42,022 nt of DNA from Gaiellaceae bacterium (lineage in GTDB: Bacteria > Actinomycetota > Thermoleophilia > Gaiellales > Gaiellaceae), in NCBI GenBank assembly GCA_035688325.1, contig DASSMZ010000088.1, positions 1-42,022 of the forward strand. Direction: 5' to 3'. Position numbers and translations under genes: made by a program. Below the pieces are notes generated by a model, which saw only the letters and a list, made by a program, of their open reading frames with translations, did no database searches and was not told where the DNA came from. This document shows positions 1 through 10,458 of this stretch, one piece after another (the first letter of the stretch is position 1; every line of letters starts with the position of its first letter).

Positions 1-1
1 G

Positions 2-385
2 ATCACCGCCGACTCGAACGGCGGCGTCCTCGGCAGCCTGCTCTGCTCGCTCGCGGGCAAGGCAGGCGGTCTCACCAGCATGAAGGCCGTGAAGTCGTTG
101 AACAAGGCCGCGAACCGCAGCGGGCTGGCGACGAAGGGCCTTAGCTTCAGCGTGCCGCTCTACCAGAAGACCACCTCGAGTGGCGTGACGACGCTCGCGA
201 CGACGAAGTCGCCGCTGGCGATCTGCAACGTCCTCGACCTGACGCTCGGCCCGCTGGACCTGAACCTGCTCGGGCTGATGGTGCACCTCGACACGGTGCA
301 TCTCGTGATCACCACCGACTCGACCGGCGGGATCCTCGGCAGCCTGCTCTGCAGCCTTGCTGGCGGCGGAGCTCCGGCTGGGTAA
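2..385 (+). CDS. C-terminal part of a repeat-containing hypothetical protein, probably exported; the 5' end lies upstream of the window
   Basis: The frame is open from base 2 into listed ORF 80..385. The window-start peptide ITADSNGGVLGSLLCSLAG recurs 102 codons later as ITTDSTGGILGSLLCSLAG (DNA 2-58 vs 308-364). Third positions are G/C-rich. A strong hairpin follows the TAA at 383-385. Confidence 0.6.
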   Translation: MTADSNGGVLGSLLCSLAGKAGGLTSMKAVKSLNKAANRSGLATKGLSFSVPLYQKTTSSGVTTLATTKSPLAICNVLDLTLGPLDLNLLGLMVHLDTVHLVITTDSTGGILGSLLCSLAGGGAPAG

Positions 386-396
386 CACCACCCCGC

Positions 397-424
397 GGGA
401 CGGCCCGGCCATCCGGGCCGTCCC
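397..424 (+). terminator. Stem-loop just downstream of the repeat-protein stop codon; candidate intrinsic terminator
   Basis: Perfect 12-bp inverted repeat GGGACGGCCCGG-ccat-CCGGGCCGTCCC (397-408 / 413-424). A stem this long is unlikely by chance even at this GC content. There is no clear U-tract. Confidence 0.5.
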
Positions 425-443
425 GTCCCATTAGCCTCCCAGG

Positions 444-2051
<1,608 letters not shown>

Positions 2052-2065
2052 CTAGCCCTGAAGGC

Positions 2066-2368
2066 TCAGAAGAGCTTCTGGAGCTTCATCGCCTGGCCGA
2101 TGTCGCCCTTCACCTTCAGCTTGCCGGACATGTAGGCCGCCGTCGGGTTCTGCTCGCGGCTCGCGATCTTCCGGAACGTCTCGGCCGAGGCCGAGATCGT
2201 GCACTCGGCGTCGCCGTCGCCCTCGTTGACGCTGACCTTGCCGTCGTCGACGTCCACGAGCCACGTGCCGGCGCCGTCGATGTCGAACTTGTAGCTCGCC
2301 GTCATCCCCTTCGCCTTCGTCTGGTCGACGCGGGACTCGAGCGTCTCGAAGAACTCCCTGGGCTCCAT
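2066..2368 (-). CDS. SCP2 sterol/lipid-binding domain protein (100 aa)
   Basis: Internal ATG at 2368 of listed ORF 2066..2899. The upstream part of that ORF is an Arg-rich shadow frame over the MFS gene. Sequence MEPREFFETLESRV...AAYMSGKLKVKGDIGQAMKLQKLF is typical of SCP2. Confidence 0.8.
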   Translation of the reverse strand: MEPREFFETLESRVDQTKAKGMTASYKFDIDGAGTWLVDVDDGKVSVNEGDGDAECTISASAETFRKIASREQNPTAAYMSGKLKVKGDIGQAMKLQKLF

Positions 2369-2379
2369 GACCCGCGAGA

Positions 2380-3555
2380 TTACAGAACGGGCTCGGGCTC
2401 GAGGCGCGTCTGCGGACGGCTCGACGGCAGCAGCAGCGCGAGCACGAGGCCCGCGAGCGGCGCGGCCGCCGCGGCGTACATCGCGGAGCGCAGATCGACC
2501 GAGTCGGCGAGCGCTCCGAGGCCGACGGCCGCCACCCCGCCGAGGCCGATCGAGAGGCCGATCGACAGGCCCGACGCCATCCCGATGCGGTGCGGCAGGT
2601 ACTCCTGGGCCATCACCATCGTCACGCCGAAGGTCGAGATCACGCAGACGCCGACGAGCGCGAGCGCGACCGCGCCGGGGACGCCGCCGACGAGGACGTA
2701 GACGAGAGTCAGGGGCGCCGTCGCGGCCATGCTCGCGATCACGACCGGGCGGCGGCCGATCCGGTCGGCGATCGGCCCGGCCGCGAGCGTGCCGAGCCCG
2801 CCGGCGAGCAACATCAGCGAGAGCAGGTGCGAGCCGTGCGACTTCGAGTTGCCGAGCGAGACCTCCCACAGCGGCACGAAGGTGATCAGCCCGAACCACG
2901 CCACGCTGCGGAAGGCGATCACGCCGAGGAGCAGCGCGAGCGCGCCTGGGCGGTCCTTGCCGGACGCGACCGAGCGCGACCCCGGCTCCGGGACGAAGCC
3001 GCGCAGGAACGGCAGCACGAGCAGCAACGCGACCGCGACCGCGAGCACCGGCAGCGCGAGCAGCAAGCCGCCGGTCAGGCCGAGCGCCAGCACCAGCGGC
3101 GTCGTCGCGGTCGGCCCGAGCGCGTAGCCGACGTTCCCGCCGATCGAGAACAGGCTCATCCCGCTCGCACGCCTGCGGCCGCTGGCGTAGGCGGCGAACT
3201 TCGAGCCCTCCGGGTGGTAGGCGGCGACGCCCAGGCCGGAGACGACCACGAGCACGAGCACGAGCCAGTACGAGGGCGCCGCCGCGGCCAGCGCGATCCC
3301 GATCCCGGCGAGGGCGACGCCGGCCGGCAGCAGCCAGCTCAGGCCGCGCCGGTCCGACCAGGCGCCGAAGAGCGGCTGCACGAGCGACGACGACGCGGCG
3401 GAGGCGAGCATCACGACGGCCGCGAGCGTGTAGGAGAGCGAGAAGCGGTCGACCATGAACGGCAGCAGCGCCGGCAGCGCGCCGTTCGCGAAGTCGGTCG
3501 CACAGTGGCCGGCGGAGAGCGCCGCCATCGCCCGCCTGTCGACTTCCGCCCGCAC
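2380..3555 (-). CDS. MFS transporter
   Basis: 391 aa with about 12 hydrophobic helices. MFS loop motif GAWSDRRG and pseudo-symmetric halves. The start could instead be the second Met (MAALSAGH). Confidence 0.85.
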   Translation of the reverse strand: MRAEVDRRAMAALSAGHCATDFANGALPALLPFMVDRFSLSYTLAAVVMLASAASSSLVQPLFGAWSDRRGLSWLLPAGVALAGIGIALAAAAPSYWLVLVLVVVSGLGVAAYHPEGSKFAAYASGRRRASGMSLFSIGGNVGYALGPTATTPLVLALGLTGGLLLALPVLAVAVALLLVLPFLRGFVPEPGSRSVASGKDRPGALALLLGVIAFRSVAWFGLITFVPLWEVSLGNSKSHGSHLLSLMLLAGGLGTLAAGPIADRIGRRPVVIASMAATAPLTLVYVLVGGVPGAVALALVGVCVISTFGVTMVMAQEYLPHRIGMASGLSIGLSIGLGGVAAVGLGALADSVDLRSAMYAAAAAPLAGLVLALLLPSSRPQTRLEPEPVL

Positions 3556-3656
3556 GGCCCGAGCGTATCTACGGAAAATCCCTGAGCAGGATCAGCGGTT
3601 TGCGCCGATGGCCGCCGGCGGCCCCGGGCCCACACTGGTCGCGGGAGGTGGCGGAA

Positions 3657-4859
3657 ATGGCCGAACGCACAAACGTCGTCATCGTCGGAGGCGGAGTCGC
3701 AGCGCTCGAGGGCGCGCTCGCGTTACGAGCGCTCGCGCCAGAGGCGATCGACGTCGAGGTCGTCGCCCCCGACGAGGACTTCACCTACCGGCCGATGCTG
3801 GTCGCGGAGCCGTTCGGCCACGGCAGCGTGCGGACGTTCCCGCTCCGCCGGCTGGCCGAGGCCGCAGGCGCGCGCTTCCGGCAGGCGATCGTGACCGACG
3901 TCGACGCCGAGAATCGGGTCGCGCGCACCGCCTCCTCCGACACGATCCCGTACGACGAGCTGCTGCTCGCGACGGGCGCCGTGCCCGTCACCGCCGTTCC
4001 CGGCGCGCTGTGCTTCCGCGGCCCGAACGAGGCCGACGGGCTCGAGCGCGTGATGGACCGCGCCGCGACCGGCGAGATCGACCGCATCGTCTTCGCCGTG
4101 CCCGCGGGCGCCGCCTGGGCGCTGCCGCTCTACGAGCTCGCCCTGCTCGCGCGGGCCTGGCTCGTGGACGAGGGCTCCTCCGGCGTCGACGTCATCGTCG
4201 TCACGGCCGAGGACGCGCCGCTCGCGCTCTTCGGCAGCGCGGCCAGCGACGCCGTCTCCCAGCTGCTCGCGGCTCGCGGGATCGGCCTCGTCACCAGCGC
4301 GACGCCGCTCGCGTTCAGCGACGGCGTGCTGACGACGGCGCCCAACGGCGTGGTCGAGGCCGACGTCGCAGTCGCGCTGCCGCGCCTCGAGGGGCCGCGG
4401 ATCGCAGGCGTGCCGCACGACTCGCAGGGCTTCATCCCGACGGACGACTACGGGCAGGTCGCAGGCGAGGTCGACGTCTGGGCGGCCGGCGACGCGACGA
4501 CGTTCCCGCTCAAGCAGGGCGGAATCGCGGCGCAGCAGGCGGATGCCGCCGCCGAGTCGATCGCCGCGCGCGCCGGGTTGCCGGTCGACCCGCAGCCGTT
4601 CCGGCCGGTCCTCCGCGGGCTGCTGCTGACCGGCATGGTGCCGCGCTTCCTGCGCGCCGAGCCCGGGACGCCGGCCTCGATGGTCGACACGGAGCCGCTC
4701 TGGTGGCCGCCGGCGAAGATCGTCGGCCGCTACCTCGCGCCGTTCCTGGCGAAGCACCTCGGCCTGTCGGAGACGGTGCCGGAGGCGTCGCGCCGGAACG
4801 CGGTCACCGTCGAGGTCGAGCTCGCGCCGTGGCGACCGTCCGAGTGGTCCGAGGTCTAG
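3657..4859 (+). CDS. FAD-dependent pyridine nucleotide-disulfide-family oxidoreductase (sulfide:quinone reductase / NDH-2-like fold)
   Basis: ATG at 3657 preceded by GGGAGGTGG. Rossmann motif VVIVGGGVAALEGA, second dinucleotide-fold region, and VWAAGDATT FAD motif. The listed ORF starts earlier at 3600, but that extension lacks a ribosome-binding site and looks non-coding. Confidence 0.8.
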   Translation: MAERTNVVIVGGGVAALEGALALRALAPEAIDVEVVAPDEDFTYRPMLVAEPFGHGSVRTFPLRRLAEAAGARFRQAIVTDVDAENRVARTASSDTIPYDELLLATGAVPVTAVPGALCFRGPNEADGLERVMDRAATGEIDRIVFAVPAGAAWALPLYELALLARAWLVDEGSSGVDVIVVTAEDAPLALFGSAASDAVSQLLAARGIGLVTSATPLAFSDGVLTTAPNGVVEADVAVALPRLEGPRIAGVPHDSQGFIPTDDYGQVAGEVDVWAAGDATTFPLKQGGIAAQQADAAAESIAARAGLPVDPQPFRPVLRGLLLTGMVPRFLRAEPGTPASMVDTEPLWWPPAKIVGRYLAPFLAKHLGLSETVPEASRRNAVTVEVELAPWRPSEWSEV

Positions 4860-4890
4860 GCCCCTTCGAGCTACGGAGTTCCGGCGACCC

Positions 4891-6072
4891 ATGAATCCGC
4901 TCGTTGCCGCGCGGCGGACGGTGGTCGCCGTGGTGCTCTTGGTGTTCGTGCTCTCGCTCTCCGCGAGTGCGGCGGCTCGGCCGACGCCACGCGAGACCGC
5001 CCCGAAGCCCCGCACGCTGGCGATCGCGAACGACTCGATCGAGACGTTCACGCAAGACTCGGGCGCGATCGCATGGGTCGACTCCAGCCGGAGGGTCGAG
5101 CTCCAGCGCATCTCGACGGGCAAGCGCTGGCTCTTGGGCTGGTCGGCAGGTGGCGGTCGGCGCGCCAACCAATGGCCCACCCTCCTCGCCCTTGCCGGCG
5201 AGCGCGCCGTGTGGACCGAGTACTGGGGCGGGAACTCGCTGGAGATCGTGCTCAAGACCAGCTCTCCGGCCGATCTGAGGGTTCACGGCCGCAGGCGCGC
5301 GACGTCGGTCGCGACGCTCGGGACCGGCGATCCGTGGTACTGCGGCGGCACGGAGCGCTATTTCGCCGGGCTCGCGGGCGACGGCGCGACCGTGTTCGAC
5401 GCGGAACTCGAGCTACGCCCGATCCCGATCATGGGCGGCGACGCCTGGCTGCAGAAGGTCTCGGGCGGCACGTTCGCGCAAGTGACCCGACCTTCGCCCG
5501 ACCGGCCCACGGTGCTGCGAACGATCGCCGGCGTCAGCGCGCCGACCGCGCTCTATTCGGACCAAGGCGACGCGTGGGTCGTGCCGCGGCCACTTGCCGT
5601 CTCCCGGGAACGTATCGCGGTGCTCCCGCCGGCCGACCAGACGTCGACCGTCGGCGCCGACCCCGTGCAGGCCGAGAACGGTCCGGTGAAGGTCTTCGAC
5701 GCGAACGGAACACTGGTCTCGCAGGTCTTCCCGCTCGGAACGGTTCGTGAGATCGCGCTCTCTTGGCCGAAGCTGGCCGTGCTCGTGCAGCGCCATGACG
5801 GGACGATGGCGGTCGAGCGCTACGACGCGCGCGCCGGAGCCCTCGAGCTCGCGAGCGCAGTTCCGTCGAGGGCTTCTGACGTCGCCATCGGACCGGGCGG
5901 ACTCGTCTACCGGGTCGGAAACTCGATCTACGTCCTCGGACGCCGACAGCCGACGCTCCTCTGGCGTGCGAAAGGTGAACCGATCGGCCTCTCGGTGGTG
6001 GGCCGCCGCGCCGCCTGGGCCGTCGACTTCGCGCCGCGGGGCCGCATCGTCGCGTTGACGCTCCCGCGCTGA
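4891..6072 (+). CDS. Secreted hypothetical protein (393 aa), possibly beta-propeller-like
   Basis: N-terminal signal peptide VVAVVLLVFVLSLSASAAA. High GC3. Lies 31 bp downstream of the flavoprotein gene. No recognisable catalytic motif. Confidence 0.7.
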   Translation: MNPLVAARRTVVAVVLLVFVLSLSASAAARPTPRETAPKPRTLAIANDSIETFTQDSGAIAWVDSSRRVELQRISTGKRWLLGWSAGGGRRANQWPTLLALAGERAVWTEYWGGNSLEIVLKTSSPADLRVHGRRRATSVATLGTGDPWYCGGTERYFAGLAGDGATVFDAELELRPIPIMGGDAWLQKVSGGTFAQVTRPSPDRPTVLRTIAGVSAPTALYSDQGDAWVVPRPLAVSRERIAVLPPADQTSTVGADPVQAENGPVKVFDANGTLVSQVFPLGTVREIALSWPKLAVLVQRHDGTMAVERYDARAGALELASAVPSRASDVAIGPGGLVYRVGNSIYVLGRRQPTLLWRAKGEPIGLSVVGRRAAWAVDFAPRGRIVALTLPR

Positions 6073-6097
6073 GGCCCGTCATCCGGCGGCGACGGTG

Positions 6098-6343
6098 CTA
6101 GGCGGCGCTCTCGACCGGCTGCAGGTGGCGGTCGATCAGCACGTGCCCGAGCTCCCACTGGGTGCGCGCGATCCGGAGGCGGTTCCGCTCGAGCGCCCTC
6201 GCGCTCGCGCAGCGCCGCCGCAGCTCCTGCCGCTCGGCCACGAGGAGCTCGAGCCGGGCCGCCAGCTCCTCGGCGGTCGCGGGAACGCGACTCCGCCGGA
6301 ACCGGGCCGGTCGCAGCTGCCGGAGTGACGTGCCGCGCGCCAC
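6098..6343 (-). CDS. Small coiled-coil hypothetical protein (about 81 aa from GTG 6343; the listed ORF extends to 6388)
   Basis: The C-terminal ~63 codons have essentially 100% G/C at third positions and a heptad-like sequence (EELAARLELLVAERQELRRR...). The 5' ~30 codons of the listed ORF lose this bias. It is the only plausible coding element in a 359-bp gap. Confidence 0.3.
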   Translation of the reverse strand: MARGTSLRQLRPARFRRSRVPATAEELAARLELLVAERQELRRRCASARALERNRLRIARTQWELGHVLIDRHLQPVESAA

Positions 6344-6431
6344 GAAGCTTCTATCGGCTACCCGGCGGAATCTGTGAACCCCTCGCATGAGGCGGCAGCC
6401 TAGGAAGGCGGTCGGCTAGCATCGCGCGGCG

Positions 6432-7916
6432 ATGCGAGTCGAGGTTCAGGCGGTCGCGCCGGAGCAGGTCGAAGCAGACGTCGTCGCCGTCCCGCTCGCC
6501 GGCAGAGACGGGCTCGCGGGCGCCGCCGCAGGAATCGACTCGGCGCTCGGCGGGCTGCTCGGACGGCTGGCGGACGAGGGCGAGCTGCAGCGGGACGCCG
6601 GTCGCGCCGCGATCGTCCACGTCGACGACAAGCTCGCCGCCGCGCGCGTGGCCGTGGCCGGCGTCGGCGACGCCGTCGACGCGGACTCGCTGCGCACCGC
6701 CGCCGCGGCCGTCGCGCGCCAGACCTCAGGCTTCGCCGAGTCGCTCGCGTGGGCGCTGGACGACTCGCTGCCGCTGCCGGCCGGCGAGCAGGCGCGCGCG
6801 ATCGTCGAGGGAACCGAGCTCGGCGCCTACGCCACGGCGCGCTGGAAGCGCGACGAGCCGAAGCCGAAGCTCGCCCGCCTCGTCCTGTGCGGCACCGGCG
6901 ACGGGCTCGCAGACGCGGCCGCGCGCGCGGAGACGGTCGCGGCATGGACGAACCGCGCCCGCGACCTCGTCAACAGCCCGCCGAACGAGCTGACGCCCGA
7001 GCGCCTGGCCGACCGCGCCCGCGAGATCGCGTCGTCGGTCGAGCACCTCACCGCCGAGGCCCTCGGTCCCGACGAGATCGAGGCCCAGGGCATGGGCGCC
7101 TTCGCCGCGGTCGCGCAGGGGAGCGACAATCCCGCGCGGCTCGTCGTGCTCCGCTACGACCCGCCCGAGGCCGCGCGCGCCGACGTCGTGCTCGGCCTCG
7201 TGGGCAAGGCGATCACGTTCGACACCGGCGGCATCTCGCTCAAGCCGGCGCTGCACATGGAGGACATGAAGGGCGACATGGCCGGCGGCGCCGCGGTGAT
7301 CGAGGCGACGGGCGCGATCGCCGAGCTGGGCCTCCCCGTCCGCGTGCTCACGGTGGCGGCGGCGACGGAGAACATGCCGAGCGGGCACGCCTACCGGCCA
7401 GGCGACATCGTCACGGCCGCGAACGGCAAGACGATCGAGATCACGAACACGGACGCCGAGGGCCGGCTCGTCCTCGCCGACGCGCTCTGGTACGCGCGGC
7501 AGCAGGGAGCGACGCACCTGCTCGACCTGGCGACGCTGACGGGCGCGATGGAGGTCGCGCTCGGCGACCTCTACGCCGGCGTCTTCGCGAACGACGACGA
7601 CTGGAAGCGACAGGTCGTCGAGGCCGGCGAGGCGAGCGGCGACCACGCGTGGCCGTTCCCGATGCACGCGCGCTACCGCCGCTACGTCGACTCGGCGTTC
7701 GCCGACATGAAGAACTCCTCCGACCTGCGGCAGGCGGGCGCGGTGCTCGCCGCCGCGTTCCTCGAGGAGTTCGCGGGCGACGGGCCGTGGGCCCACATGG
7801 ACATCGCCGGGCCTGCCTTCCTCGAGCGCTCGCGCGGCGACTACATGAGCCAGCGCGGGGGTACCGGCTACGGCGTGCGGCTGATCGTCGAGCTGGCCTC
7901 CAGACTCGCCGAGTGA
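6432..7916 (+). CDS. pepA: Leucyl aminopeptidase, M17 family
   Basis: M17 signature NTDAEGRLVLADAL, VGKAITFDTGGISLKP, MKGDMAGGAAV; 494 aa. Confidence 0.92.
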   Translation: MRVEVQAVAPEQVEADVVAVPLAGRDGLAGAAAGIDSALGGLLGRLADEGELQRDAGRAAIVHVDDKLAAARVAVAGVGDAVDADSLRTAAAAVARQTSGFAESLAWALDDSLPLPAGEQARAIVEGTELGAYATARWKRDEPKPKLARLVLCGTGDGLADAAARAETVAAWTNRARDLVNSPPNELTPERLADRAREIASSVEHLTAEALGPDEIEAQGMGAFAAVAQGSDNPARLVVLRYDPPEAARADVVLGLVGKAITFDTGGISLKPALHMEDMKGDMAGGAAVIEATGAIAELGLPVRVLTVAAATENMPSGHAYRPGDIVTAANGKTIEITNTDAEGRLVLADALWYARQQGATHLLDLATLTGAMEVALGDLYAGVFANDDDWKRQVVEAGEASGDHAWPFPMHARYRRYVDSAFADMKNSSDLRQAGAVLAAAFLEEFAGDGPWAHMDIAGPAFLERSRGDYMSQRGGTGYGVRLIVELASRLAE

Positions 7917-9046
7917 ACTTCGACCTCACGCCCGAGCAGGAGCTCGTCCGCTCGACCGTCCGCGAGTTCGCGGAGCAGAAGGTCGCGCCGGTGGCCGGCG
8001 AGCTCGACCGCGAGCACCGCTTCCCGTACGAGCTCGTGGCCGAGCTCGCCGAGCTCGGGCTGATGGGCATGCCCGTGCCGGAGGAGTACGGCGGCGCGGG
8101 CGCCGACACGCTCTCCTACGCGATCGCCGTCGAGGAGCTGACGCGGATCGACTCCTCGGTCGCGATCACGCTCGCGGCCCACACGTCGCTCGGGACGATG
8201 CCGATCCTGCTCTTCGGCACCGAGGAGCAGAAGCGCGAGTGGCTGCCCGACCTCGCGAGCGGCCGCCGGCTCGCCGCGTTCGGCCTGACCGAGCCCGGCG
8301 CCGGATCCGACGCCGCCGCCTCGCGCACGACGGCCGAGCTGCGCGACGGGGAGTGGGTCGTCAACGGCTCGAAGATCTTCATCACCAACGCCGGCACCGA
8401 CATCACCGCCTGCGTCACGATCACGGCCCGCACCGGCGAGGACGAGATCTCGAACCTGGTCGTCCCGAACGGCACGCCCGGCTACGAGATCTCGGCGCCG
8501 ATGGACAAGCTCGGCTGGCGCGCCTCCGACACGCGCGAGCTCTCGTTCCGCGACGCCGCCGTGCCGGAGGGGAACCTGCTCGGCGAGCGCGGCCAGGGCT
8601 TCCGCCAGTTCCTCGAGATCCTCGACGGCGGCCGGATCTCGGTCGCCGCGATGGGCGTCGGCCTGGCGCAGGGCGCGTACGACCTCGCCTACGGCTACGC
8701 GAAGGAGCGCGAGCAGTTCGGCCGGCCGATCGCGAGCTTCCAGGCGATCCAGTTCCAGCTCGCCGACATGGCCGTCGAGATCGAGGCCGGCCGAGCGCTG
8801 ACGTACAAGGCGGCGTGGCTGAAGGACCAGGGCCGGCCGTTCGCGCGGGAGGCGGCGATGGCCAAGCTCTACACGGGCGAGCTCTCGCACCGCGCCGCGA
8901 ACGCCGCGCTCCAGATCCACGGGGGCTACGGGTTCATGGAGGAGTCCGCGATCGCCCGCCTGTATCGGGACCAGAAGATCCTGGAGATCGGGGAGGGCAC
9001 CAACGAGGTCCAGCGCATGGTGATCGCGCGCCACCTCGGGCTCTAG
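7913..9046 (+). CDS. Acyl-CoA dehydrogenase
   Basis: GTG at 7913 overlaps the pepA TGA (GTGA). Motifs GLTEPGAGSDAA, SKIFITNAG, QIHGGYGFMEE, ILEIGEGTNEVQRMVIA. The 5' part of listed ORF 6749..9046 is a shadow frame over pepA. Confidence 0.92.
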   Translation: MNFDLTPEQELVRSTVREFAEQKVAPVAGELDREHRFPYELVAELAELGLMGMPVPEEYGGAGADTLSYAIAVEELTRIDSSVAITLAAHTSLGTMPILLFGTEEQKREWLPDLASGRRLAAFGLTEPGAGSDAAASRTTAELRDGEWVVNGSKIFITNAGTDITACVTITARTGEDEISNLVVPNGTPGYEISAPMDKLGWRASDTRELSFRDAAVPEGNLLGERGQGFRQFLEILDGGRISVAAMGVGLAQGAYDLAYGYAKEREQFGRPIASFQAIQFQLADMAVEIEAGRALTYKAAWLKDQGRPFAREAAMAKLYTGELSHRAANAALQIHGGYGFMEESAIARLYRDQKILEIGEGTNEVQRMVIARHLGL

Positions 9047-9052
9047 CGGGCG

Positions 9053-9688
9053 TCAGTCCGCGCCGGCCTCGGCGGACGGCGAGCGGCCGCCGCCGCGGGC
9101 CCTGAGCCGCTTGCGGGCCGGGACGAGGATGAGCAGCAGGATCGCCACTCCAGCGGCGGCGATGATCAACCGGTCCCGCGTCGCGGTGCTCTTCGCCGTG
9201 TAGGTCGGCAGCTTCACGCCCTGCGCCGCGGCGAGCGTCCGCACGGCCTGCGTCGTCGACTTGACGAGCGCGTCCGGAGTCTGCCCGGGCTGCACGCCGC
9301 GGAGCGCCCGCTGCTCGGCCGCGGTCGACCGGCGCGGCCAGTAGACGCCGAAGCCCGCCGGCATCGCCACCAGCAGCCGCTTCGCGTAGACGAACGCGAT
9401 CTCGCTGCCGAGGAACTTCGAGTAGTCCTGCGGCTTGCGCCAGAGGCTGACGGCAGTGCCGAGGTCGCCCGTGAAGGCGATCACGGCGACGCGGATCGGG
9501 AAGCCCTGCTCGTTCGCGGCGGCGACCGTCTTCTGGAGCGCGTCGAGGTCGGACTTCTGCACCGGCACCTCGGGGCCGACGAAGACCTGCTGCGTGAGCA
9601 GCACGTCGCTCGCGGGGTCGCCGTTGGCCGAGGCGGCCGGCACCGCGACGAGCGCGGCGAGGGCCGCGAGCAGGAGCGCGCGCCTCAT
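9053..9688 (-). CDS. Exported hypothetical protein with a C-terminal membrane anchor (211 aa)
   Basis: ATG at 9688 overlaps the stop of the upstream CtaG-like gene (ATGA). Signal peptide MRRALLLAALAALVAVPAASA. C-terminal helix LIIAAAGVAILLLILV followed by a basic tail. Confidence 0.7.
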   Translation of the reverse strand: MRRALLLAALAALVAVPAASANGDPASDVLLTQQVFVGPEVPVQKSDLDALQKTVAAANEQGFPIRVAVIAFTGDLGTAVSLWRKPQDYSKFLGSEIAFVYAKRLLVAMPAGFGVYWPRRSTAAEQRALRGVQPGQTPDALVKSTTQAVRTLAAAQGVKLPTYTAKSTATRDRLIIAAAGVAILLLILVPARKRLRARGGGRSPSAEAGAD

Positions 9689-10458
9689 CGGCCCTCGAGC
9701 GCCCGCTGCGCCTCCTCCTCCTCGGAGAGGAGCCGCATCAGGAAGTACGAGAGCGCGGCGAAGAAGACGATCATCTGCTCGCCGTTCATCAGGATCCCGC
9801 CCAGGTTCTGGTCCTTCTGCGGCGAGAGCCCCCAGAGCCTCGGCGCCGCCTCGTAGAAGCCGTAGAACGCGCTCGCCGAGAAGATCAGCGCGAGCGAGAG
9901 GAACGCCGAGCCGACGTACGCGGCGCCGAGGTACGCCAGCTTGAGCGCGGTCGAGAGATGCTGCGGCAGCTCCGAGAAGACCGGCCACCAGAAGACGAGC
10001 CCGGCGAAGAGCAGCAGCAGGTGCTCGACGTTCAGCACCAGCGGGTGGCGCAGCGCGAAGTCGTAGAACCCCGGCAGGTGCACGCCGTACCAGACGAGCA
10101 CCCAGAACGGCAGCACGAAGCGCGGGCGCGTCAGGCGCGCGAGCCAGCGGCCGCCGCGCCGCGCGACCGCCGCCCGCATCGCCGGCGTCAGGCCGAGCAC
10201 GAGCAGCGGCGGCGCCCAGTCGGCGATCATCACGTTCTGCAGCAGGTGGACAAGCAGCAGGAAGTGGATCGCGATCGTCTCGAGCGGCGAGTTGACCGGG
10301 ATCGCGATCAGCACCAGGCCGAGCGCGAAGAGCGTCGCCCTGAAGGCGGAGGGCCGCTCGACCGTCCGCGCCAGCCGCCAGTAGCCGTAGCCGCCGGCCA
10401 GGGCGAGCGCGAAGAAGAGCGGCTCGAAGCTGAACGAGCTCGGCGCCGCGACGCTCAC
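9685..10458 (-). CDS. Cytochrome c oxidase assembly factor CtaG-like (caa3-type, COG3336) membrane protein, paralog 2
   Basis: GTG at 10458 overlaps the stop of paralog 1 (GTGA). Polytopic membrane protein. Motifs LVHLLQNVMIADWAPPLL, WYGVHLPGFYD, NVEHLLLLFAG. The upstream half of listed ORF 9685..11238 is a shadow frame. Confidence 0.75.
   Translation of the reverse strand: MSVAAPSSFSFEPLFFALALAGGYGYWRLARTVERPSAFRATLFALGLVLIAIPVNSPLETIAIHFLLLVHLLQNVMIADWAPPLLVLGLTPAMRAAVARRGGRWLARLTRPRFVLPFWVLVWYGVHLPGFYDFALRHPLVLNVEHLLLLFAGLVFWWPVFSELPQHLSTALKLAYLGAAYVGSAFLSLALIFSASAFYGFYEAAPRLWGLSPQKDQNLGGILMNGEQMIVFFAALSYFLMRLLSEEEEAQRALEGR

Noticed and set aside
3610-3623. Perfect 14-bp palindrome GGCCGCCGGCGGCC in the divergent region between the MFS and flavoprotein genes, considered as an operator
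   Set aside because: G/C-only palindromes of this length are expected about ten times per 42 kb by chance at this base composition. There is no second copy and no adjacent regulator gene.
6749-7912. N-terminal 388 codons of listed ORF 6749..9046
   Set aside because: This is an Arg-rich shadow frame over pepA. The acyl-CoA dehydrogenase homology begins exactly at GTG 7913, which is coupled to the pepA stop.
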